Shown: one piece after another, positions 11,810 through 22,929 of the stretch
Layout of the letters: every line of letters begins with the position of its first letter
Numbering within the stretch: position 1 is the stretch's first letter
Source of the DNA: the human T2T-CHM13v2.0 reference genome, Homo sapiens
Strand: one strand, 5' to 3'
Assembly: GCF_009914755.1 (NCBI RefSeq)
Contig: NC_060944.1
DNA length: 64,000 nucleotides
Program-made: the position numbers and the translations under genes
The notes under the pieces: model-generated
What the model saw: the letters and a program-made list of their open reading frames with translations, nothing else
What the model was told of the DNA's origin: nothing
Database searches by the model: none

Positions 11810-13285
11810 CACCATCATCATCACAATCATCACCATCACCACCATCATCACCACTATCATCATCACCACTATCACCACCACCAGCACCTTCATTATCACA
11901 TTCACCATCCTCACCATCCTCACCACCACCATCACCACCATCATCACCATCATCATCATGACCATCACCACCATCACCACTATCACCACCACCACCATCA
12001 TTACCATCATCATCACGACCATCACCACCATCATCACCATCACCACTATCACCACCACCACCATCATTACCATCATCATCACGACCATCACCACCATCAT
12101 CACCATCACCACTATCACCACCACCACCATCATCACCATCACCATCATCACAGTCATCACTGTCACCATCATCACCATCCTCACTATCACCACCACCACC
12201 ATCATCACCATCACCATCATCACAGTCATCACCGTCACCATCATCACCATCCTCACTATCACCACCACCACCATCATCACCATCACCATCATCACAGTCA
12301 TCACCGTCACCATCATCACCATCCTCACTATCACCACCACCACCATCATCACCATCACCATCATCACAGTCATCACCGTCACCATCATCACCATCCTCAC
12401 TATCACCACCACCACCATCATCACCATCACCATCATCACAGTCATCACCGTCACCATCATCACCATCCTCACTATCACCACCACCACCATCATCACCATC
12501 ACCATCATCACAGTCATCACCGTCACCATCATCACCATCCTCACTATCACCACCACCACCATCACCATCACCATCATCACAGTCATCACCGTCACCATCA
12601 TCACCATCCTCACTATCACCACCACCATCATCACCATCACCATCATCACAGTCATCACCGTCACCATCATCACCATCCTCACTATCACCACCACCACCAT
12701 CATCACCATCACCATCATCACAGTCATCACCGTCACCATCATCACCATCCTCACTATCACCACCACCATCATCACCATCACCATCATCACAGTCATCACC
12801 GTCACCATCATCACCATCCTCACTATCACCACCACCACCATCATCACCATCACCATCATCACAGTCATCACCGTCACCATCATCACCATCCTCACTATCA
12901 CCACCACCACCATCATCACCATCACCATCATCACAATCATCACCGTCACCATCATCACCATCCTCACTATCACCACCACCACCATCATCACCATCACTAT
13001 CATCACAGTCATCACCGTCACCATCATCACCATCCTCACTATCACCACCACTACCATCATCATCACATTCATCATCACTATTACCATCATCATCACCACC
13101 ATCACCATCACTATCACCACCATCATTACATTTGTCACCATCACCACCATTATCACCATCACCGCTATCACCACCACCACCGTCATCATCACCATCATCA
13201 TCATCACCACTACCATCACGCTCACAGTCATCACCATCACCACCATGATCACTGCCATCATCACCACCACCATCACCACCATAAT
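11810..13285. repeat. (CAC/CAT)n triplet array with a 72-bp higher-order unit (~13 copies)
   Basis: Marker CAGTC recurs at 12151, 12223, 12295 ... (72 bp, occasionally 69). Confidence 0.95.
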
Positions 13286-13944
13286 CCCCCCCAACTATTA
13301 CAACCATTAACTTATTTAACAAAAATTTATTAATCACCAACGATTTTCCCAGCCCTTTCCAGCACCATTTCAGGTGCTTGGATACACTCATACCTTATTA
13401 GCATCCCTCCTGTCCCCCCGTCACCATTTTCGGTCTCCATTGCTAGGCAGCAGTGTGGACTTGGAAGCCTTTTGATATGTTCTTACAGATTCTGGAGCCC
13501 TCAGAAACCTCTGGCAACTGTAGGGTCAGCATTTGAGTCTGTGAGGGGTCATGGAGGGGACTCAAAAGCAAGGGGAGCAGACTCTTTCCCTTAGGGCTCT
13601 AAACCTTTGCTCCTGTGCAGAATCCGGGGTGTGTTCTGGTAGCCTACATGCCCTGACTCCTCTAAAGTAGACCTGTGTTTAAGGCTTGGAATCCTTCTGT
13701 GTGTGTCAGAGTCACTTGAGGAGCTGGTTAAGACGTTTGACCCCAGGCCCTACCCCCTGAGACTGACTCATGAGTCTCAGGTTGGGTCCAGGAGCTATCA
13801 CTTACCAAGCCCCCATGGGAACTCTGATGTTAAGGGACTCAGGGCCACTGTAGCTTGTGGTGGCCAAGAGGAGCCCCTTGCCCTTTGCTGCCTGGTCCAG
13901 CCAGCATGGCCAAGTGAAGCCTTTCTTCTCCCTCTACTCCGCAG

Positions 13945-14300
13945 GCACACCAAAATGAAGACAGCCACCAATATTTACATCTTTAACCTGGCCCTGGCCG
14001 ACACTCTGGTCCTGCTGACGCTGCCCTTCCAGGGCACGGACATCCTCCTGGGCTTCTGGCCGTTTGGGAATGCGCTGTGCAAGACAGTCATTGCCATTGA
14101 CTACTACAACATGTTCACCAGCACCTTCACCCTAACTGCCATGAGTGTGGATCGCTATGTAGCCATCTGCCACCCCATCCGTGCCCTCGACGTCCGCACG
14201 TCCAGCAAAGCCCAGGCTGTCAATGTGGCCATCTGGGCCCTGGCCTCTGTTGTCGGTGTTCCCGTTGCCATCATGGGCTCGGCACAGGTCGAGGATGAAG
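13945..14300 (+). CDS. OPRL1: OPRL1 coding exon 2
   Basis: Acceptor CTCCGCAG|; [19 protein letters not shown]...IDYYNMFTS...SVDRY (DRY motif); donor AAG|GTCAGT; 356 nt. Confidence 0.98.
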
Positions 14301-14418
14301 GTCAGTGGGGTGTCCCCTCCTCCCCTCACCAGGCTCCCTGGCTCCCGGGTGGCTCCTCTGGGCCCACGTGCCCTCCACGTCTCCTGGGCCCACTCTGACC
14401 CCGTTTCTCTCCCTGCAG

Positions 14419-14942
14419 AGATCGAGTGCCTGGTGGAGATCCCTACCCCTCAGGATTACTGGGGCCCGGTGTTTGCCATCTGCATCTTCCTCTTCTCCTT
14501 CATCGTCCCCGTGCTCGTCATCTCTGTCTGCTACAGCCTCATGATCCGGCGGCTCCGTGGAGTCCGCCTGCTCTCGGGCTCCCGAGAGAAGGACCGGAAC
14601 CTGCGGCGCATCACTCGGCTGGTGCTGGTGGTAGTGGCTGTGTTCGTGGGCTGCTGGACGCCTGTCCAGGTCTTCGTGCTGGCCCAAGGGCTGGGGGTTC
14701 AGCCGAGCAGCGAGACTGCCGTGGCCATTCTGCGCTTCTGCACGGCCCTGGGCTACGTCAACAGCTGCCTCAACCCCATCCTCTACGCCTTCCTGGATGA
14801 GAACTTCAAGGCCTGCTTCCGCAAGTTCTGCTGTGCATCTGCCCTGCGCCGGGACGTGCAGGTGTCTGACCGCGTGCGCAGCATTGCCAAGGACGTGGCC
14901 CTGGCCTGCAAGACCTCTGAGACGGTACCGCGGCCCGCATGA
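14419..14942 (+). CDS. OPRL1: OPRL1 coding exon 3
   Basis: Acceptor CCCTGCAG|; EIECLVEIP...CWTP...NPILY...ETVPRPA-TGA; 233+356+524 = 1113 nt = 370 aa plus stop. Confidence 0.98.
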
Positions 14943-15029
14943 CTAGGCGTGGACCTGCCCATGGTGCCTGTCAGCCCGCAGAGCCCATCTACGCCCAACA
15001 CAGAGCTCACACAGGTCACTGCTCTCTAG
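14940..15029 (+). other. OPRL1: Stop-codon readthrough signal TGA-CTAG and in-frame 29-codon extension
   Basis: GCA TGA CTA G; next in-frame stop TAG at 15027-15029; extension X-LGVDLPMVPVSPQSPSTPNTELTQVTAL. Confidence 0.85.
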
Positions 15030-16748
15030 GCGGACACACCCTGGGCCCTGAGCATCCAGAGCCTGGGATGGGCTTTTCCCTGTGGGCCAGGGATGCTCGG
15101 TCCCAGAGGAGGACCTAGTGACATCATGGGACAGGTCAAAGCATTAGGGCCACCTCCATGGCCCCAGACAGACTAAAGCTGCCCTCCTGGTGCAGGGCCG
15201 AGGGGACACAAGGACCTACCTGGAAGCAGCTGACATGCTGGTGGACGGCCGTGACTGGAGCCCGTGCCCCTCCCTCCCCGTGCTTCATGTGACTCTTGGC
15301 CTCTCTGCTGCTGCGTTGGCAGAACCCTGGGTGGGCAGGCACCCGGAGGAGGAGCAGCAGCTGTGTCATCCTGTGCCCCCCATGTGCTGTGTGCTGTTTG
15401 CATGGCAGGGCTCCAGCTGCCTTCAGCCCTGTGACGTCTCCTCAGGGCAGCTGGACAGGCTTGGCACGGCCCGGGAAGTGCAGCAGGCAGCTTTTCTTTG
15501 GGGTGGGACTTGCCCTGAGCTTGGAGCTGCCACCTGGAGGACTTGCCTGTTCCGACTCCACCTGTGCAGCCGGGGCCACCCCAGGAGAAAGTGTCCAGGT
15601 GGGGGCTGGCAGTCCCTGGCTGCAGACCCCGAGCTGGCCCTGGGCCAGCCGCACCTCTGAAGGTTTTCTGTGTGCTGCACGGTGCAGGCCTCATCCCTGA
15701 CTGCAGCTTGACTCTGGGCCCAACCCCCATTTCCCTTCAGGAGACCAGCGAGAGGCCCTGGCCCATTCCCTCCAGCGGTGCAATGAACTATCATGCTGTG
15801 GACCGTCAACCCAGCCCTGCTTCTCAGTGTGGGGCAGGTGTCTCAGGACGAAGGCGCCGCGTGACCACATGGGCAGCTCTGTTCACAAAGTGGAGGCCTC
15901 GTTTTCCTGGTCTTGACTGCTCTGTTTGGGTGGGAGAAGATTCTCTGGGGGTCCCCACATCCTCCCAAGGCTCCCCTCACAGCCTCTCCTTTGCTTGAAG
16001 CCAGAGGTCAGTGGCCGTGCTGTGTTGCGGGGGAAGCTGTGTGGAAGGAGAAGCTGGTGGCCACAGCAGAGTCCTGCTCTGGGGACGCCTGCTTCATTTA
16101 CAAGCCTCAAGATGGCTCTGTGTAGGGCCTGAGCTTGCTGCCCAACGGGAGGATGGCTTCACAGCAGAGCCAGCATGAGGGGTGGGGCCTGGCAGGGCTT
16201 GCTTGAGCCAAACTGCAAAGGCTGTGGTGGCTGTGAGGACACTGCGGGGGTTGGGGGGGGGCGTCTGTACCTCAGGGGATGCCCCGCTGTGGTCACCCAG
16301 AGAATCACCCTTCCTGGTCTACAGATGGAAGCTGCAGGTTGGTGACTTTGCAAATGCACTTCCTACAGATGAACTATTAAAAGACCTGCAACATTGAAAA
16401 AACTCATTTTTTCCACCAAAACCTTGGCCAGGTAACCTACCTTAGGCACCTGCAAAGAACAGGAAGTGATGGCTGTCTCGCAACAGAGCCTGGGCTGCTC
16501 CTCCTGCTCTGGGGAGTCTAGGCCGTGGGGACTGTTCTGGGGAGGCTCATGCTGTCTCCATGACGTCTGTGGCAGGAGTCCCTGAGGACGGGAGCTGCCT
16601 AGCTACAGTTTTCTTGCCAAGGCGAGGTGTTTTGTGAATCTGTGCTGATGTAATGTGCACCTTCACGTATTTATGCATGTGGCAAGCGTTACTTCCTGTG
16701 CACGTAGCCAGCCCTGGGTCTGTCTCTGGGGTAATGAAAAAGGACCCT

Positions 16749-16754
16749 AATAAA
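16749..16754 (+). terminator. OPRL1 polyadenylation signal AATAAA (alternative ATTAAA at 16376)
   Basis: First AATAAA seen downstream of the stop (~1.8 kb), followed by GT/T-rich sequence. Confidence 0.7.
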
Positions 16755-17430
16755 CACCTGCTCACTGGCTGGGTATTCTTCGTAACCAGTGTTTCTGGCT
16801 CCTGCCACCTGGGGATTTGCTTCTGGAGTGACTTTTCTGGGATTGGCACGTGGGTGGGAGGAGGCTATGGGTTTAGGCTGAATTCTTGTACCTGTCCTGT
16901 GCTGCTCAACAGGCTGGGCTCTGCCCTCAGTGAAACGTCCCCCAGGAGGCTGCAACCCTGGGGAGAGTTGAAGCCAGTTAATGGTGTGTTGGCCGGGCTG
17001 TTACCTTTTCTTCAGCACACACGGTTTCTCTCTAAACAACCGATGGCTGCACCTCTCCCCTGCCCCCTGGAAAGAGAGGTTTCCTGAGGATACAGTGGGA
17101 GGGTGCTGCTCCCACCAAGGTTGCAGGGTTTTCTTACCCCCATTTCATCTCAGAAGAACCCCTGCTCCTGCTCATTTCCCCTTCCTTGAGCAGATCTGAG
17201 GGGAGTTTTGGTGAAGGATGAGCAGACGGCCTCCTCTAGGGCTGGGTACACTCTTGCCATGGACATCTGCCTCCTGGTTCCTGTTTGGCCCAGTTCAGCC
17301 CAGGCCGACCTGCAAAACAGAGCAGCTTTGGAGGGTGGGCACGGGCACACTCCAGTCCAAGTACTCGTCTCCAGGGCATGGGCAGATGGGCAAGTTCTGT
17401 AGGATTTTCTGTAGGTTTGAATGACAGACA

Positions 17431-17781
17431 CTGTCTTATCCTGGACTGCTATAGCAAAGTACCATAGACTCAGTGGCAATAGAGACATCAGATGTTTATT
17501 TCTCATGGTTCTGGAGGCTGGAGATCTGAGATCAGGTGCAGGCACGGTCAGGTTCCGGGGAAGACCCGCTCCCAGGCTGCAGAGGGCCATCTTCTCACTA
17601 TGTCATGACATGGGTTTGACAGCTGGAGAGCGTGCCTTTCCTAAAGGCACTCATCCCATTCAGGAGGGCTCTGCCGTCATGACCTGTCATCTCCCAAAGG
17701 CCCCCCTCTCCTGATACCATCAGCTTGGGGGGCTGAGATTTCAAAATGCAAATTTTGGAGGAACACAAATAGTTCATAACA
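17431..17781 (-). mobile_element. MaLR LTR (MLT1A/MST-like)
   Basis: Typical TTTATTTCTCATGGTTCTGGAGGCTGGA...GATCAGG and CCATCAGCTTGGGGG...ATTTCAA motifs. Confidence 0.7.
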
Positions 17782-18199
17782 AACACATTGCCATCAAAGC
17801 AAAAATATAGCATCAAGGGACAATTTGGGAGGGAGAGGCTGCACCGGGGCAGTTACTGTGCCCTTGGGCCCGGGAGATGGTATGGTCTTGGTAGAGGAGG
17901 CTCACACATGGTGCGGACTGTCCTGTCTTCGGGTGGGTGTGGATCCAGGGCTAAGCCCACAGCTAGTGTCTTCCAGAAGGAGCTGGCCAGACAGGGGCCA
18001 AGGGCCGTAGGAGGAGTTGGGGGGCGTTGGAAGCTGACTAGCTCCCTTGCCCTCCAGGACTGGGTTCCACCCCGGCCCACTCCACCGCTCCTCTGACCGC
18101 ACCCTGGGTCTCCTCTCCAGCCCCCGGCTCCCCCAGCCCACCTCTGCTGTCGGGCTTGGTCAAGTCGCCTGGCTTTTCTGAGCCTCGGTTTCCTTCCGT

Positions 18200-19100
18200 G
18201 TGCAAAGGGGACCGCAGAACCCTCTTTGTGGGGTTGTGGGGGAAGGCTGGGGCGCCCGGGAGGGTCCCGGGTCGCGTCCGACCTCAGGAAGGCGGGGCTT
18301 CAGCAGCGGCCTCGGACCCTCCCTCCAGGGGGCGCTGTGGGCTCACGCGGGCCCAGCCTTGGGCCCCGGGGCGCTGCGGCGGGAACCGCGGTGACTAGCG
18401 GGGTCTTAAAGCGGGTGGCGGGGCCGGGCTCTCCTGGGACCAGGAGCCCAGAGCGTGGAGACGTGGCGGGCTGAGCCGCTCAGTGCGGCCCCTGCCCCGC
18501 GCCCACCCCGCCCCGTGTCAGGAGGTCCGCGGAGCGGGAGGACCCGCCTCCCGGGGAGAGCTCGCCCGCCCCTCCCTCCCGGCTGGCCGCGGGGCGGTCT
18601 GCAGACCCTTTGGCCGTGCCGGATCTGCCTGGTCCCCGGGGAGAAGACGCTGAGGATCCCATTGCTGGTCTGTGGATGGGGACAGGAGACGCCCGAGGTA
18701 AGAAGGGGTCCGGGTTCTTTGGAGGAATCCTGGTTGGCGCCTTCTCTGCAGCAGAGACGCCCGGCTGGGGCCGGAGGGCAAACTGGGGGCAGGGTGGGAG
18801 ACCTCGGCCCTGAGGGCTGTAGGGGCTCTTGCCTGGGCGCTCCTTAAGCTCCCCCGCCCCCTCCGCCCCCCACCCCGCGGTGCTCACTCTCAGTCCTGCC
18901 TTGCGCACATTCCCACTCCCGGGCCTCTCCTGCCCGCCCCTCGTTGTTCACTTGCTCATTACGCCTCACACCTGGCTCTGCCGCGGGCTTGGAGCGGGTG
19001 TCTGGGAAACACAGTCTCACTTGTCTCCTCAAGGGGCTCCGGGGCACCGTAACAGCGTGCAGAGCGCAGTCAGGCTGCCGTGCTGCTGCTTTGCGAGGTG
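18200..19100. promoter_or_regulatory. CpG island with GC boxes between the OPRL1 and NPBWR2 3' ends
   Basis: Dense CpG, several CCGCCC/GGGCGG boxes, strong + strand donor GAG|GTAAGA at 18698. Confidence 0.85.
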
Positions 19101-19189
19101 TGACTGCAGCGCAGCCAGGAAACAAATCCAGGGACAGCTTGTTCTTCCTGCGGTGTCGGTGTTGGTGGTGGCTTAAAAATTGCCCACAG

Positions 19190-19478
19190 ACTGGGCTCAT
19201 GCCTGTAATCCCAGCACTTTGGGAGGCTGAGGCAGGAGGATCACTTGAGCCCAGGAGTTTGAGACCAGCCTGGGCAACATAGTGAGACCCCGTCTTTCAA
19301 AAAAAAGAAAAATTTGCCTGGCGTGGTGGCGCACGCATGTAGTCCCAGCTACTCCAGAGCCTGATGTGGGGGGATTGCTTGAGCTCAGGAAGTCGAAGCT
19401 GCAGTGAGCCGTGACCCCACCACAGCACTCCAGCCTGGGCAGCAGAGTGAGATCCCTTCTCAATTAAAAAAAAAAAAA
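19190..19478 (+). mobile_element. Alu (AluJ-like)
   Basis: GCTCATGCCTGTAATCCCAGCACTTTGGGAGG ... A-tail. Confidence 0.9.
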
Positions 19479-19519
19479 TTGAAGCAAAAGAAAAATAAAC
19501 CGTCTACAGCCCCCGAGTG

Positions 19520-19988
19520 TGGGCTGGACATGTGACTTGCTTCCAATGCACAGAATGTAGTAGAAGGGAAGGCAAGTGGCTTCGGAATCTTGGCCTCAAA
19601 TGTATTGAGGCTTCCTCTTGGCTCCCCCCTGGGTCGCTGGCTCCTCCCTGGGTCGCTGGCTCCTCCCTGGGTCGCTGGCTCTGGGGGACCCAGTGCCATG
19701 TTTCGAGGACACTCAGCCCCTGAAGCATCCATGTGTTGAGGAGCAGAGGCCTCCTGCCCATAGCCATGGAAGGAAGACTTCTCAGAAGAAGATACCCCAG
19801 CCCCTGCCCAGCCTTCAGAGGGTCAGGGCCTGGGCCAAGGTCCTGGCTGCAACCTCAGGAGAGACCCTGAGCCAGAACCACCCAAAAAGCCACTTTAATT
19901 CTTGAACCACAGAAGTGAAATAGTAGAAGTTGTTTTAAGCGGCTAAGTTTTGGAGAAATTTGTTATTCAGCAACAGATATCTAATACA
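19520..19988 (+). mobile_element. MLT1-family LTR remnant
   Basis: 3' end TTGTTTTAAGC...TAAGTTTTGG...TTTGTTA..CAGCAA.AGATA.CTAATACA. Confidence 0.6.
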
Positions 19989-20574
19989 ATGTTGTCAGGG
20001 AGGATAAGTGGATGGAGATGGCCGTGGCGTGTTTGGCTGGCTAGCACGGAGGAGGGGCACTGCTGCAGGCCTGAGCCGAGTGGGCTGGAACGCTGGAGTA
20101 TTTGGTGGATGGGTGGAGGTGGGCATACACCCTGGGACACCTCGTGGGGCGGTGAATGGTGGGTCCTGTGTGCCGGCTGGACAGATTGATCAGAGCTCTG
20201 GGTCATGAGGACTGAAACCAACCCAGAACACTCACACCTCACTGCCAGGCTGGAATGCCAGGCATGGAACCAGCTGAGAGCCATGGGGCCAAGAGTCGGG
20301 GCCTGGCCACAGCACACCTGGGACCAACCCCTGGCCCCTCCCACCTGACAGTCAGTGGTCTCTGAACTGCCTGCATTTCATTACCACCCCTCACCCTGCC
20401 CCCACCAGAGTTTCAGCATGCAGCTCCTGCTGGCTGATTACAAGCCCCTGGCCACACCCCGGGAGAGAGAGTTCCAGGTGCCAGCCTGTCCAAGTGATGG
20501 ATGGTCCCTAGGCTGTGGTGGCCCAGAGGTCCTGGCAAAAGGGCCCTGTAGCCTCTAGTAAAGTATGAGAGGAG

Positions 20575-21125
20575 CATCGGCCACAGCAGGGGCGTACAGG
20601 CCATGGCGAGGACCGTCGGCCACAGCAGGGGGGTACAGGGGAGCACAGGCCATGGAGAGGACCGTCAGACACAGCAGGGGGGCACAGGGGAGCACAGGCC
20701 ATGGTGAGGACCGTCGGCCACAGCAGGGGAGCACAGGCCATGGAGAGGACCGTCGGCCACAGCAGGGGAGTATAGGGGAGCACAGGCCATGGAGAGGACC
20801 GTCAGACACAGCAGGGGGGTACAGGGGAGCACAGGCCATGGAGAGGACCGTCGGCCACAGCAGGGGAGTATAGGGGAGCACAGGCCATGGTGAGGACTGT
20901 CGGCCACAGCAGGGGGGCACAGGGGAGCACAGGCCATGGTGAGGACTGTCGGCCACAGCAGGGGGGTACAGGGGAGCACAGGCCATGGAGAGGACCGTCG
21001 GACACAGCAGGGGGGCACAGGGGAGCACAGGCCATGGAGAGGACTGTTGGACACAGCAGGGCGGGTACAGGCCATGGCAAGGACCGTCGGCCACAGCAGG
21101 GGGAACACAGCAGCACAGGCCATGG
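20575..21125. repeat. 49-bp minisatellite (39-bp variants), ~12 copies
   Basis: GGCCATGG marker at 20599, 20648, 20697, ... Confidence 0.93.
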
Positions 21126-21645
21126 CACATGGGCACGGCGGGGCTGGGCCTCCTGCTGGAACTCCACTTGGGCTTCAGGCCACGAGAGTGGATTTCTGGG
21201 TCTCATGCGGTGCAGGTGTCCGCCTTTGCAGCAACACAGCATCGCTGCTGCCTGAGGTGCCCGCACTTACCACCCCCCGGCCCCATCTTGGGGAGAGACT
21301 ATGTAACGTGGCCCAGGTCAAGATCACAGTTCAGGTTCCCTCCCCTCCCGACCACTGTCATTAGGGATCCTGAGTCCCAGAGCCTTCCAAGGGGCTTGTC
21401 CATCTGTCTGTCTCTCGTGGGTAAGTGGGCCCGGGATGCTTGCTGTGTGGGGGCCTCTGCCAGGACCTGGATCCCTGCTGCTGTCCACCCAGGGGCTGTC
21501 CAGGAAGCAGAGACATGGGAGGTATATGCCCACGGCTGTCTGTAGGTCTGGTGGCCAGCGTGTGAGGGTCTGTGTCTCCTTGCGTGGAGAGGACAGCACT
21601 GGGATGTGAACAGGCCGGGCGTCCCCTGAAAGAGACAGCCGGAAC

Positions 21646-21917
21646 TGGGTGGGGGTGGGCGTGATGATGGGGGTGATGGTGGGGGTGGTGGGCGGGGTGG
21701 GCGTGATGATGGGGGTGGGGGTGGGGGTGGGGGTGATGGTGGGCGTGATGGTGGGGGTGATGGGGGTGGGCGTGATGGTGGATGTGATGGGGGTGGGCAT
21801 GATGATGGGCGTGATGATGGGGGTGGTGGTGGGCGTGATGATGGGGGTGGGGGGGGTGGGCCTGATGGGGGTGTGGGCATGATGATGATGGGCGTGATGA
21901 TGATGGGGGTGATGGTG
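21646..21917. repeat. (GGT/GAT/GGG)n triplet low-complexity tract immediately 3' of the NPBWR2 stop
   Basis: Direct inspection. Confidence 0.9.
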
Positions 21918-21927
21918 CCCAGGCCCT

Positions 21928-22929
21928 TCAGCACCGCAATATGCTGCGGAAGTTCTTCCGGAAGTTGTCATCTAGAAAGGCGTAGAGGAAGGGGTTCAGG
22001 CACGAGTTGGCGTAGCTGAGGCTGGTGATGACGTAGGACATACTGATGACCAGTGGGGTCTGGGGCAGGTCCGTGGTCAGGGCCACGACAGAGGCCAGGT
22101 GGAAGGGCGTCCAGCAGAGGAGGCACACGGCCAGCACGACGAGGACCAGGACGGTCACCTTCCGCCTGGCCTTGCCTAGAGCCTTGGCTCCAGAGCGGAG
22201 CCGCACGGCCCGCAGCCTGCGCAGGAGGTCTGTGTAGAGCACACAGATGGTGCACACGGGCAGCACGAAGCCCAGGACCAACGTGTAGACACGGCTGGCC
22301 TTGAACCAGACCTGCTCGGGCCACGGGAAGCTCAGCCCACAGCTTGGGACCTGCAGCTCGTTGCTGTAGACGCCAGCGAAAGAGAAGAAGGGCAGAACCA
22401 GGACCGTGACGCCCAGCCAGACACACAGGCTGGCGACCTTCGCCCCCCGGTAGGTGCGCCAGGGCATGTGGCGGGACCTCACGGTGGCCAGCACCACCAG
22501 GTATCGGTCCACGCTCATCACGGCTAGGAAGTAGATGCTGGAGAAGATGTTGTAGTGGTCGACGGCCAGCACCAGCTTGCAGAGCAGCTCCCCGAAGGGC
22601 CAGTACTGCAGCAGGTGCTCCGCGATGTTGACGGGCAGTACCAGCGTGAAGAGCCCGTCGGCGACGGCCAGGTTCAGGATGAACACGTTGGTCACCGTCT
22701 TCATCTTGGGCGCCCTTAGGATTACAAGGATGACGGCCGTGTTGCCAGTCAGCCCCACAGCACAGATCCCGGAGTACACGGCGGGCAGGAGCACATAGAG
22801 GAACGGCAGTGGCTCGGAGAAGGTGGCATTGTGGCCAGTGCCATTGTCCTGAGAGACGTTGGCACCCATCGTGGGGAGGGAGAAGGAGCCCCTGCTGTCA
22901 AGGGGCTCTGGGTGCCCAGCGGCCTGCAT
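21928..22929 (-). CDS. NPBWR2: Neuropeptides B/W receptor 2 (GPR8), 333 aa, intronless CDS
   Basis: MQAAGHPEPLDSRGSFSLPTMGANVSQDNGTGHNATF...KMKTVTNVFILNLAVAD...SVDRY...CWTP...NPFLY...RSILRC; ATG in ACAATG context; 1002 nt. Confidence 0.98.
   Translation of the reverse strand: MQAAGHPEPLDSRGSFSLPTMGANVSQDNGTGHNATFSEPLPFLYVLLPAVYSGICAVGLTGNTAVILVILRAPKMKTVTNVFILNLAVADGLFTLVLPVNIAEHLLQYWPFGELLCKLVLAVDHYNIFSSIYFLAVMSVDRYLVVLATVRSRHMPWRTYRGAKVASLCVWLGVTVLVLPFFSFAGVYSNELQVPSCGLSFPWPEQVWFKASRVYTLVLGFVLPVCTICVLYTDLLRRLRAVRLRSGAKALGKARRKVTVLVLVVLAVCLLCWTPFHLASVVALTTDLPQTPLVISMSYVITSLSYANSCLNPFLYAFLDDNFRKNFRSILRC

Noticed and set aside
11696-13391. 520-560 aa ORFs (poly M/V, D/G, T/I)
   Set aside because: Translations of the CAC/CAT array; low complexity, open on both strands, no gene structure.
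13703-13944. In-frame upstream extension of OPRL1 exon 2
   Set aside because: Intronic, non-ATG start, and the canonical acceptor at 13944 gives the exact 370-aa product.
20575-21125. REST/RE1-like CCATGGAGAG in the 49-bp VNTR
   Set aside because: Only the right half-site resembles the consensus; the TCAGCACC half is absent.
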